From assembly GCA_045863395.1 (NCBI GenBank), contig BTVJ01000011.1, forward strand, positions 1-64,000: a stretch of DNA of 64,000 nt, given 5' to 3'. Numbering within the stretch: the first letter of the stretch is position 1; each line of letters opens with the position of its first letter. The notes beneath the pieces are model-generated. The model ran no database searches. It had not been told where the DNA came from and saw only the letters and a program-made list of their open reading frames with translations. Shown here one piece after another: positions 1-8,798 of the stretch. The translations under genes and the position numbers were made by a program. The stretch comes from Myxococcales bacterium. Its GTDB lineage: Bacteria > Myxococcota_A > UBA9042 > JABWCM01 > BTVJ01.

Positions 1-1
1 G

Positions 2-454
2 GGCCAGCTCTTCGCCAACACCCAGATCCCCTGCGCCCTGTGGTTGCTCTCCAAGAGCCGCGACGGTCGCGGCGCGCACCGGCGCCGCACGGGGGAGGTC
101 CTCTTCATCGACGGCCGCAAGCTCGGGGCGCTGCTCCCCGGCTCCCGCAAGCAGAGGCAGCTCGCGCCGGAGGAGATCGAGCGCATCGCGGCAGTCTACC
201 GGACCTTCAAGCGGGAGGGGCGCCCGGAGGAGGTGCCCGGGTTCTGCAAGGTGGCGACGGTGGAGGAGATCGCGGCGCACCGGTATGCGCTGACGCCGGG
301 GAGGTATGTGGGGGCTGCTGTGGAGGATGACGAGGACGTGGGGTTCGAGGAGAGGTTTGGGGTGTTGAGGGAGCGGTTGCGAACACTGCTTGCAATTGGT
401 CGTTCATTGGCCGACAGAGTCGAACGTGCACTTGACGAGGTCGACATTGAGTGA
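2..454 (+). CDS. hsdM: Type I R-M methyltransferase subunit M, C-terminal part (5' end outside the window)
   Basis: The frame is open from position 2: GQLFANTQIPCALWLL...EVLFIDGRKLG...VPGFCKVATVEEIAAHRYALTPGRYVG, a typical HsdM C-terminus. It overlaps the hsdS start. Confidence 0.92.
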   Translation, partial: GQLFANTQIPCALWLLSKSRDGRGAHRRRTGEVLFIDGRKLGALLPGSRKQRQLAPEEIERIAAVYRTFKREGRPEEVPGFCKVATVEEIAAHRYALTPGRYVGAAVEDDEDVGFEERFGVLRERLRTLLAIGRSLADRVERALDEVDIE

Positions 455-1802
455 CCGCTATCACCCCCGAGCCAAGGCAGTCGCCGAACTCGAAACAGCG
501 GGTGTTCTTCTCGTTCAGGACGGGAACCATGGCGAGTATCGACCCCGCACCGAGGAGTTTTGCGTAACGGGTACAGCCTTCATACGTGCATCCGATATGC
601 ACGCGGGTCGCGTCTTGTTCTGTTCGGCGTCCCAGATCAATGACCAAGCGCTCAGTAGGATCCGCAAGGGTGTCGGTCGCCCTGGCGACGTCGTATTCTC
701 CCACAAGGGAACGGTCGGGAAGCTGGCCTTGGTTCCAATGAACGCTCCCCCATTCGTGTGCTCTCCGCAAACCACGTTCTGGCGAGTGTTGGACGAGAAG
801 ATCGTTGACCGGCGCTTTCTCTACTATTTCATGCAGTCTGACGCGTTCCGTGAGCAGTGGGAGGCCAGGAAGGGTGAGACCGACATGGCGGACTACGTCA
901 GTCTTACCGCTCAGCGGGAGCTAATTGTAGACGTCCCCCCGATAGACGAACAACGCGCTATCGCCGAGGTCCTCGGCGCGCTCGACGACAAGATCGAGCT
1001 GAACCGCCAGATGAACCGCACGCTGGAGGAGATGGCCTCCGCGCTGTTCAAGTCGTGGTTCGTGGACTTCGACCCGGTCGTCGCCAAGGCCGAGGGCCGG
1101 CGGCCGTTCGGGATCGATGCGGAGACGGCGGCGCTGTTTCCCGCAGCCTTCGAGGACTCTGAGCTGGGGCCGATCCCACACGGCTGGAGAGCCACCGCGG
1201 TCGAAGCCTGTGTGGCGGAGATCTTCGACGGTCCGCACGCCACTCCCCCCGTGGCCTGTTCTGGAGCAGTGTTCCTCGGTATCGGGAACATGACGGGTAC
1301 CGGCTTGGACCTGGGCGACGTGCGGTACATCGCGGAGTCGGATTGGGCCCGATGGACACGGCGGGTCACCCCTGCCGAGGGCGATATCGTCTTCACCTAC
1401 GAGGCCGCCCTCGGACGATTCGCGCTGGTGCCTGCGGGCCTCCGCTGCTGTCTTGGCCGGCGCATGGCCCTGGTCAGACCCCGCAGACACGCCGATGCCC
1501 CGTTCCTCTTCCACCAGTTCGTCGCCCCGCCATTCCAAGAGGTGGTCGCGGCGCGCTCGTGGACCGGGTCGACGGTCGACCGCACGCCCCTCACGGAGTT
1601 CCCCGGTTATCCGTTCTTGTGGCCAGGCGAAGCGCTGGTGACCCGATTCTCCGAGGAGGCGGCGCCCATGTGGGATCTCATCCACCACAACCAGGCAGAG
1701 TCCCACACCCTCTCCACCCTCCGCGACACCCTCCTCCCGAAGCTCCTCTCGGGCGAGGTCCGCCTCAAACAAGCCGAGAAGGCCGTGGAGGCCGCGCTGT
1801 GA
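447..1802 (+). CDS. hsdS: Type I R-M specificity subunit S
   Basis: Two variable TRDs are separated by the conserved PPIDEQRAIAEVLGALDDKIELNRQMNRTLEEMASALFKSWFVDFDPV block, and the protein ends with RDTLLPKLLSGE. A TTG start at 447 overlapping the hsdM stop is inferred. Confidence 0.93.
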   Translation: MSDRYHPRAKAVAELETAGVLLVQDGNHGEYRPRTEEFCVTGTAFIRASDMHAGRVLFCSASQINDQALSRIRKGVGRPGDVVFSHKGTVGKLALVPMNAPPFVCSPQTTFWRVLDEKIVDRRFLYYFMQSDAFREQWEARKGETDMADYVSLTAQRELIVDVPPIDEQRAIAEVLGALDDKIELNRQMNRTLEEMASALFKSWFVDFDPVVAKAEGRRPFGIDAETAALFPAAFEDSELGPIPHGWRATAVEACVAEIFDGPHATPPVACSGAVFLGIGNMTGTGLDLGDVRYIAESDWARWTRRVTPAEGDIVFTYEAALGRFALVPAGLRCCLGRRMALVRPRRHADAPFLFHQFVAPPFQEVVAARSWTGSTVDRTPLTEFPGYPFLWPGEALVTRFSEEAAPMWDLIHHNQAESHTLSTLRDTLLPKLLSGEVRLKQAEKAVEAAL

Positions 1803-4800
1803 CCGACATCCGCGGCAACGAGAGCACCTTCGAGCTGGCGACGATCCAGCGCCTCCGGCTGCTGGGCTACGAGTATGCCTACGGCCCGGCGCTGGAGCGG
1901 GACCCCGCCGACGTGGTGCTCACCGACGTGCTGCGCGAGAGCCTCCGCGAGCGATATCCCCACCTCGAAGAAGCCGACGTCGCGGCCGCCATCGAGCGCA
2001 TCCGGAGACCGCCGGGCGCGACCACGCTGCACCGCAACGAGGCCTTTCACACGGGCGTGCTCACCCGCGGCTTCGAGCTGGTCGTGGACCTGCCGATGGG
2101 CGTCTCGGACGTGCACGCCGGGCCCCGTCCATCGCTCGTCGACCCCGCGCGCCGGCCCGACAGGGAGGTCGTGCACGTCCACCCCATCGACTGGGAGCGC
2201 CCCGCGCGCAACCGCTTCCACGTCGTCAACCAGCTCCGCATCGCCGGGCCGGACCGCATCCCGGACGTCGTCGTGTTCGTCAACGGCATCCCCCTCGTCG
2301 TGTTCGAGCTGAAGAACCCCTGGGACGACAGCGCCACCGTCGATGACGCCCTGAATCAGGTCCAGCACTACGCAACGGTCTGCCCGGAGCTGTTCGCGCT
2401 CAACGCGCTGTGCGTGGTCTCCGACGGCAACACCACGCTCCACGGCATGTGGACGGCCGGCATGGAGTGGTTCGCCCCCTGGAAGTCCGTCGACGGCGTC
2501 AGCGTCGAGCCCGGCAGGACCGGCTCCATGGCGACGCTGGTAAACGGGCTCTTCCCGAAGGAGCGGCTCCTCGACTACGTCCGCCACTTCATCCTGTTCG
2601 AGGTGGACAAGGCGGGCATCGTGAAGAAGGGCGCGAAGTATCATCAGTACTTCGCGGTGCGGGCGGCGGTGGAGCGCACGCTTCTCGCCTTCCGCGAGGA
2701 GACCCAGCGAATCGGCGTCATCTGGCACACGACGGGCTCCGGCAAGTCGCTGTCCATGGCCTTCCTGGTCGGCATCCTGCGCCACATGCCGGAGCTGCGG
2801 TGCCCGGCCTTCGTCATCCAGGTGGACCGCACGGATCTGGACCGGCAGCTCTACGATCAGTTCAGCGTCGCGCGGCATCTGGTCGGCGCCGTGAGCCAGG
2901 CGGGTGACGTGGACGAGCTGCGGCGCCTGCTGCGCACCGAGGGCAGCGCGGTCGTCTTCACGACCATCGAGAAGTTCGCGCTGAAGCGGGGCCCCGATGG
3001 GAGGGCCGTCGAGGTCGCCCACCCGGTGCTCTCGAGCCGCTCCAACATCATCGTCATCGCCGACGAGGCCCACCGCACGCAGTATGGGTTCCTCAACGGG
3101 TTCGCGCGCTATCTGCGCGAGGCCCTGCCCCACGCCAAGCGCCTCGGCTTCACCGGGACGCCGCTGTCTTTCGGCGGGGTGGGCGGAGCGCTCGACAGCT
3201 CCGAGACCGTGGAGGTCTTCGGCAGCTACATCCACACCTACGACATCCGGCAGGCCCAGGAGGACGGGGCCACGGTCGCCATCTACTACGCGCCGCGGCA
3301 GGCCCGGCTGCACCTCTCGAGCGCGGACATCGACGCGGCGCTCGCCGACGCCGCCCTGGCCGAGCAGGTGGAGGGCACGGAGCTCGAGGGCAGGAAGTCG
3401 CGCTGGGCGGCCCTCGCCACGCTGGCGGGCGCCGAGGAGCGCCTCGCCGCCGTCGCCGCCGACATCGTCGAGCACTTCACGGAGCGGACCCGGGAGCTGT
3501 CCGGCAAGGCGATGATCGTGTGCATGACGCGGAAGAACGCCGTGCGCCTGTACGACGCGCTGGTCGCCATCCCCGCCTGCCCCGAGGTGAAGGTCGTCAT
3601 GACCAGCAACCTCGGGGTGGACCCGAAGGAGTGGAGCGAGCAGGGGCACGTCACGAGCAAGCAGCAGCGGCAGGCGCTGAAGAAGCGCATGGTGGACCCG
3701 AGCGACCCGCTCGCGCTGGTCATCGTCTGCGACATGTGGCTCACGGGCACGGACATCCCGTGCCTCCACACGCTCTACGTCGACAAGCCCCTGCGCGGCC
3801 TCTCCATGATCCAGGCGATCTCCCGCGTGAACCGCGTGTTCCGGGACAAGCCGCACGGGCTCATCGTGGACTACATGGGCATCGGCGACGAGCTGCGCGC
3901 GGCCACGAACACCTACACGGGGGGCGGCGGCGGGGGCGAGCCGGCTGCGAACATCGAAGAGACGGCGGTGCCGCTGTTCCTGGAGTGTCTGGCTGCCGCG
4001 AGCGCCGCGCTGCCCGAGGGCCTGGACTGGGCAGGCTGGCGGGGGCTGAGCGCCATCGCCTTCGAGGACCTCCACATGGCGGTCTACGCCTGGCTCACCG
4101 AGGACGACGCCCGGCGGGACGCCTTTCTCCAGGCGGAGCTGCGGCTGTCCCACTCCTGGCTGCTGGTGAAGACCCTGCCCACCGGCCACGAGAACGCCGA
4201 CGCCGTGCTCTTCTGCCAGCGGGTGCGCAAGCAGGTCACCAAGGCGAGGCCGGGCACCAGGCCCCCGCGCTCCCTGGAGCAGGCGGTGCACGACCTGGTC
4301 GACGATCACGTCGCCTCCGACGGCGTGGTCGACCTGTTCCAGCTCGCAGGGATCGCCAACCCGGACATCTCCATCCTCGATGACCGCTTCCTCCAGACCT
4401 TCAAGGACCGTCCTCACCAGGATCTGCGGCTGAAGCTGCTCCAGAAGCTGCTGGCCGACGAGCTCACCCGCCGCATGGCGCACAACATCGCGAGGACCAG
4501 GTCCTTCCGTGAGCTTCTGGAGGCCACCCTGGAGCGCTACCACAAGCGAATCATCGACGCGGCCGCCGTAGTGGCGGCCATGGTGCAGATTCGCAAGGAC
4601 CTGGATGCGACCGACGCGCGGGTCGCGGCGCTGGGCCTCACGGAGGAGGAGCTGGCGTTCTACGACGCCGTCCACGACAACTACGCGGCGGTGTATGACG
4701 AGCCCTTCCTCCGGGACCTCGTCCACGACGTCGTGCAGGCCGTGAAGGGCGGTCTGAAGGTCGACTGGACCGAGCCGCACCGCGAGAACGTCAAGGCGTC

Positions 4801-4927
4801 CGTCAAGGCGGCGGTCAAGCGCGTCCTGGCGCGGCGCGGCGTGAAGCAGGACGACTTCGAGGGCCTCACCGACGCTGTGTTGGGGCAGGCCGTGGCGCTG
4901 TGGAAGCACTGGCCGAGGGTGGCGTGA
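1799..4927 (+). CDS. hsdR: Type I restriction endonuclease subunit R
   Basis: Nuclease motif IPDVVVFVNGIPLVVFELK, Walker A HTTGSGKS, DEAH box, FTGTP and QAISRVNR. The GTG start overlaps the hsdS stop (GTGA). Confidence 0.95.
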   Translation: MTDIRGNESTFELATIQRLRLLGYEYAYGPALERDPADVVLTDVLRESLRERYPHLEEADVAAAIERIRRPPGATTLHRNEAFHTGVLTRGFELVVDLPMGVSDVHAGPRPSLVDPARRPDREVVHVHPIDWERPARNRFHVVNQLRIAGPDRIPDVVVFVNGIPLVVFELKNPWDDSATVDDALNQVQHYATVCPELFALNALCVVSDGNTTLHGMWTAGMEWFAPWKSVDGVSVEPGRTGSMATLVNGLFPKERLLDYVRHFILFEVDKAGIVKKGAKYHQYFAVRAAVERTLLAFREETQRIGVIWHTTGSGKSLSMAFLVGILRHMPELRCPAFVIQVDRTDLDRQLYDQFSVARHLVGAVSQAGDVDELRRLLRTEGSAVVFTTIEKFALKRGPDGRAVEVAHPVLSSRSNIIVIADEAHRTQYGFLNGFARYLREALPHAKRLGFTGTPLSFGGVGGALDSSETVEVFGSYIHTYDIRQAQEDGATVAIYYAPRQARLHLSSADIDAALADAALAEQVEGTELEGRKSRWAALATLAGAEERLAAVAADIVEHFTERTRELSGKAMIVCMTRKNAVRLYDALVAIPACPEVKVVMTSNLGVDPKEWSEQGHVTSKQQRQALKKRMVDPSDPLALVIVCDMWLTGTDIPCLHTLYVDKPLRGLSMIQAISRVNRVFRDKPHGLIVDYMGIGDELRAATNTYTGGGGGGEPAANIEETAVPLFLECLAAASAALPEGLDWAGWRGLSAIAFEDLHMAVYAWLTEDDARRDAFLQAELRLSHSWLLVKTLPTGHENADAVLFCQRVRKQVTKARPGTRPPRSLEQAVHDLVDDHVASDGVVDLFQLAGIANPDISILDDRFLQTFKDRPHQDLRLKLLQKLLADELTRRMAHNIARTRSFRELLEATLERYHKRIIDAAAVVAAMVQIRKDLDATDARVAALGLTEEELAFYDAVHDNYAAVYDEPFLRDLVHDVVQAVKGGLKVDWTEPHRENVKASVKAAVKRVLARRGVKQDDFEGLTDAVLGQAVALWKHWPRVA

Positions 4928-5324
4928 TGGCGCAGCCAGTCGACCCGATGGTCTACCACATCACCCACGTGGACAACCTCCCGTCCATCGTCGCCGACCA
5001 GTGCCTGTGGTCCGACGCCGAGATGATGGCACGCGGCGGTCCGACCGCCACCATCGGCATGTCGGAGATCAAGCGGCGCCGCCTCCGCCTCCCCGTCGCT
5101 GGGCGCCCCCGACTCATGGTCGGAGCGTGCGTCCCGTTCACCTTCTGCCCTCGCTCGGCAAAGAGGGCAAGCAGGCGGAGCTCCTCGTGGAGCGGGCCTT
5201 CCCCTTCCAGCTCGTCCGCCGGATTGGCGTACGCACCCCGGCGACGCAGCACCATGCCGAGTCGTGTCTCGGCAATTCGGCGCACCGGCCGCCCGTTGAG
5301 ATCGTGCCCGCGTGGTACTACTGA
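4927..5324 (+). pseudogene. darT: DarT (DUF4433) DNA ADP-ribosyltransferase toxin, internally deleted and frameshifted
   Basis: The N-terminal part YHITHVDNLPSI...IGMSEIKRRRL...VPFTFCPRS (4927-5157) joins directly, in a different frame, to the C-terminal part KEGKQAELLV...PAWYY-stop (5160-5324). The central region is absent. Confidence 0.85.
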
Positions 5325-5333
5325 GAGGGATTC

Positions 5334-6377
5334 ATGATTCGGCTGCTCAGAGGCGACGTTCTTCGGGCGCAGGCTGAGGCGCTCGTCAACACCGTGAACT
5401 GCATCGGGTTCATGGGCCGAGGGATCGCGCTGCAGTTCCGGCGAGCGTTTCCGGACAACTTCAGGATCTACGAGCGGGCCTGCAAGGGCGGTGAGGTGGC
5501 GCCCGGCCGCATGCTCGTGGTCCCGACCGGGCAGCTCACGGGGCCGAAGTACATCGTGAATTTTCCCACCAAGCGCCACTGGCGCGGCAAGAGCCGCATC
5601 GAGGACATCGACGCGGGGCTCGTCGCGCTCGTCGGGGACGTGCAGCGCCTCGGCATCCGCTCCATCGCCATCCCGCCGCTCGGCTGCGGGTTGGGTGGCC
5701 TCGACTGGAGCGACGTGCGCCCCCGCATCGAGCGGGCGTTTGCGACACTCGCGGATGTGGATGTGCTGATCTACGAGCCGGACGGCGCCCCCCGTCCCGA
5801 GGAGCGAGCCGTCACGGGGGACGCGCCGAAGATGACGCCGGGAAGGGCTGTCCTGGTCGGCCTGATGGAGCGCTACCTACGGGGGCTCATGGAGCCCTGG
5901 GTCACGCTCCTCGAGGTCCACAAGCTGATGTATTTCTCCCAGGTGGCCGGGGAGCCCCTGCGGCTGAAGTTCGTGCAGGGCCCGTACGGACCGTACGCCG
6001 AAAACCTCCGGCACGTCCTCGCTGCCATCGAGGGCCACCTGATCATCGGCTACGCCGACGGCGGTGACCAGCCCGACAAGCAGCTCGAGCTCGTCCCGAG
6101 TGCCGTCGAGACCTGCCGTCACTTCCTCACCGCTCACGAGGCATCGCTCGCGCGCTTCGAGCGCGTCGGCGCTCTCGTCGAGGGCTTCGAGACGCCCTTT
6201 GGCATGGAGCTGCTGGCCTCCGTCCATTGGGTGGCGGTGCACGGCGTTCGGGGCCCGGACGCCGTGGTCCGGGCCGTTCACTCATGGAGCGAGCGGAAGA
6301 AGCAGTTCGCGGGCGAGCAGATCGTGCTGTCCTGGCAACGCCTCCACGACGGTGGCTGGCTCTCCGCGTCGGAGTAG
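5334..6377 (+). CDS. darG: DarG macrodomain antitoxin (DNA ADP-ribosyl glycohydrolase)
   Basis: Macrodomain motifs ALVNTVNCIGFMGRGIALQF, IVNFPTKRHW and SIAIPPLGCGLGGLDW, plus the DarG C-terminal LLEVHKLMYF...GPYGPY...GFETPFGMELLASVHW. It lies directly downstream of darT. Confidence 0.93.
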   Translation: MIRLLRGDVLRAQAEALVNTVNCIGFMGRGIALQFRRAFPDNFRIYERACKGGEVAPGRMLVVPTGQLTGPKYIVNFPTKRHWRGKSRIEDIDAGLVALVGDVQRLGIRSIAIPPLGCGLGGLDWSDVRPRIERAFATLADVDVLIYEPDGAPRPEERAVTGDAPKMTPGRAVLVGLMERYLRGLMEPWVTLLEVHKLMYFSQVAGEPLRLKFVQGPYGPYAENLRHVLAAIEGHLIIGYADGGDQPDKQLELVPSAVETCRHFLTAHEASLARFERVGALVEGFETPFGMELLASVHWVAVHGVRGPDAVVRAVHSWSERKKQFAGEQIVLSWQRLHDGGWLSASE

Positions 6378-6427
6378 GTGCGGCCGGCATTGACAGGGTC
6401 AGCAACACGCTGTCGCACGCCCCTCAT

Positions 6428-6526
6428 GGCCGCTTTCGGGCGCCTCGACCCCGGCCAACCCTGGGAGGTACCAAGAAGTACATCCGCGGGGTTGGCCGCG
6501 GCCGATGCGCCGCGCAATCGGCGCAT
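6428..6526. repeat. Cluster of palindromic hairpins (REP/MITE-like or structured RNA) between convergent darG and ptsI
   Basis: 10-bp inverted repeat CGGCCAACCC (6452-6461) / GGGTTGGCCG (6489-6498) enclosing GTAC-caagaa-GTAC. 8-bp inverted repeat ATGCGCCG (6505-6512) / CGGCGCAT (6519-6526). TTCG-loop hairpin at 6428-6444. Confidence 0.55.
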
Positions 6527-6642
6527 GGGGGCCGCGCCCATATTTGCTTGGTGGGAGCGCCGACTGCGCCATGCCGCCGCGCGGGCCGTCTGGTGGTCAT
6601 GGCGACCAACTCCGACGTGGGCAGGAGGAGGCGCCGGCCTGA

Positions 6643-8427
6643 TCAGCGGCGCCGGCGACCCATGAGGTCGGGGAAGCGGGCGTGCATCCGCTCGCTGACC
6701 AGCGCCTCCACGTCCGCGACCCGCCCCAGCTCCTGCACGAGCCCCAGGAGCTCCCGGGCCTCGGCCAACGACGAGCGGCGGACGATCTCTTTGACCAGGG
6801 GGATGCTGCGCGGGGACATGCTGAGCTCGTTGAAGCCCATGGCGAGGAGCAGCAGGGTGTGCATGGGGTCGCCGGCCATCTCCCCGCACATGGCGACCGG
6901 GATGCCCGCCTTGGCGGCCGCGGCCGCGACGCTCTGCACGAGGCGCAGCACGGCCGGGTGCAGGGGGTTGTAGAGGTAGTTGGTCTCGTCGCTGTCCCGC
7001 GCGATGGCGAGGGTGTACTGGATCAGATCGTTGGTGCCGATGCTGAGGAAGTCCACCTCGCGCGCGATGACGTCGGCCATGATGGCGGCGCTCGGGATCT
7101 CGATCATGACGCCGAGCTGCACCCCTGGATCGAAGGCGAGGCCGTCTGCGTCCAGCTCCTCGCGGGTCTCGGCGAGGCACTGCTTGATCTGGGTGATCTC
7201 CTCCACACACGAGATGAACGGCACCATGAGGCGCATGGGCCCCTCGGCGCTCGCCCGGAGCAGGGCCCGGAGCTGGGTCTTGAACAGCGCCCGCTCCCGC
7301 AGGCAGTAGCGGATGGCCCGCAGGCCGAAAAAGGGGTTGAGCTCCTCTGCGAGGCGGTTGTCCGTCGAGAACTTGTCGCCGCCGATGTCCAGCGTCCTGA
7401 TGGTCGTGGAGTGCGGGGCCACGGCGCGAATGACCGCGCGGTAGTACTGGACCTGCTCCTCTTCGCTGGGCAGCGTCGAGCGGTTGAGGAACAGGTACTC
7501 CGTGCGGAGGAGGCCGATGCCCCGCCCCCCATATTGAGGCAGGGAGTGGGCCTCTTCGAGGAAGTCCACGTTCCCCCGGAGCTCGATGGCCGCGCCGTCC
7601 CGCGAGACGGCCTCCACGTCGCAGTTGGCGCGCAGCTCCGCCTCGAACATGGCGCGGTCGGCCTGGAGGGAGGCGTAGCGGCTCTGCTCGGCGCGGGATG
7701 GCTCGATGAGCACCTCGCCCACGTAACCGTCGACGATGATCAGGTCCCCCTTGCCCGCGCGCTCGACGATGTTCTTCAGGCCGACGACGGCGGGGATCTC
7801 CAGCGAGCGGGCGACGATGGCGGTGTGAGCCGTCTTGGACCCCAGGTTGGTCGCAAACCCGACAACATTGGTGCCGACGAGCTGGATCGTGTCCGCCGGC
7901 GACAGGTTGTGGGCCACGATGATCGCCGCCTCGCCGATGTCGAGGGGGATCTCCGCCTGGTGCCCGAGCAGGTTCCTCAGGATGCGCTCGCCCACGAAGT
8001 CCACGTCCGACAGGCGCTCCCTGAAGTAGTCCTCCTCGAGGCGCTCGAACAGCTCCTTGATGTGCGTGACGGTCTTGCGGAGCGCCCACTCGGCGTTGAT
8101 GCGGTCCTTGACGATCAGGTCCCGCGCGCCCTGGACGAGCAGGGCGTCCTTGAGCATGAGCTGGTGGGCCTCGAGGATGGTGAAGTGATCCTGCGATGCG
8201 CCCTCGGTGGCCTCGAACTTGGTGCGCAGGGCCTCCACCTGCGCCACGGACTCCTCGATGGCGACGTCGAGGCGCTGGATCTCCCGGTCCACGTTGGTGA
8301 CCGTGACGTGGTACTTCTCGAAGGAGAGCTGGCGCCGGTCGAGCAGCACGACGCGACCCACGGCGATGCCGGGCGACGCCGCGATGCCACGGATGCGTGT
8401 ACTGGTGCTCGCTGCCTTGATCCCCAT
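6643..8427 (-). CDS. ptsI: Phosphoenolpyruvate-protein phosphotransferase (PTS enzyme I)
   Basis: GIAASPGIAVG, phospho-His motif GSKTAHTAIVARS, GIGLLRTEYLF, RTLDIGGDK, SIGTNDLIQY and CGEMAGDP. No N-terminal GAF domain. Confidence 0.96.
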   Translation of the reverse strand: MGIKAASTSTRIRGIAASPGIAVGRVVLLDRRQLSFEKYHVTVTNVDREIQRLDVAIEESVAQVEALRTKFEATEGASQDHFTILEAHQLMLKDALLVQGARDLIVKDRINAEWALRKTVTHIKELFERLEEDYFRERLSDVDFVGERILRNLLGHQAEIPLDIGEAAIIVAHNLSPADTIQLVGTNVVGFATNLGSKTAHTAIVARSLEIPAVVGLKNIVERAGKGDLIIVDGYVGEVLIEPSRAEQSRYASLQADRAMFEAELRANCDVEAVSRDGAAIELRGNVDFLEEAHSLPQYGGRGIGLLRTEYLFLNRSTLPSEEEQVQYYRAVIRAVAPHSTTIRTLDIGGDKFSTDNRLAEELNPFFGLRAIRYCLRERALFKTQLRALLRASAEGPMRLMVPFISCVEEITQIKQCLAETREELDADGLAFDPGVQLGVMIEIPSAAIMADVIAREVDFLSIGTNDLIQYTLAIARDSDETNYLYNPLHPAVLRLVQSVAAAAAKAGIPVAMCGEMAGDPMHTLLLLAMGFNELSMSPRSIPLVKEIVRRSSLAEARELLGLVQELGRVADVEALVSERMHARFPDLMGRRRR

Positions 8428-8513
8428 TCAGCCTCGGCCGCGCGGGATGGGTGCGTGGAGCCCGGTGGGTACCCGAGTGGCGCTCGCACAGGTCGGGACG
8501 TGCGACATTCGGG

Positions 8514-8798
8514 CTACTCCTCCTCGTCGAACCGCCGCTCGATGAGGGCCGTCACGGCGTCCATGGCCGCCTGCCGCTCAGGTCCCCGCGCCTCGACCTG
8601 GATGGTGGAGCCCTTCGTAGCCGCGAGGATCAAGAGCGACATGACGCTCCGGCCGTTGGCCCGGGTTCCCGCCTTGTCGATCAGCACCTCGGCGTCGAAG
8701 CGGCTCACGGTGTGCACCAACAGGGTGGCCGCCCGCGCGTGCAGGCCCCGCTCATTGGGGATCGTGAACGATCGTCGAATCGTGTCGTCGGCCGTCAC
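8514..8798 (-). CDS. ptsH: HPr/NPr phosphocarrier protein
   Basis: GLHARAA (His15 motif) and NGRSVMSLL (Ser46 motif). The GTG start overlaps the rapZ stop. Confidence 0.93.
   Translation of the reverse strand: MTADDTIRRSFTIPNERGLHARAATLLVHTVSRFDAEVLIDKAGTRANGRSVMSLLILAATKGSTIQVEARGPERQAAMDAVTALIERRFDEEE

Noticed and set aside
5150..5170. Programmed frameshift restoring DarT
   Set aside because: There is no convincing slippery heptamer, and even a shifted product (~130 aa) would lack the central part of the domain.
6378..6400. GTGCGGCCGGCAT resembles a group IIC intron 5' end, and TTGACA at 6390 resembles a -35 box
   Set aside because: There are no downstream intron domains, no domain V and no RT gene. 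No acceptable -10 lies at 16-18 nt spacing.
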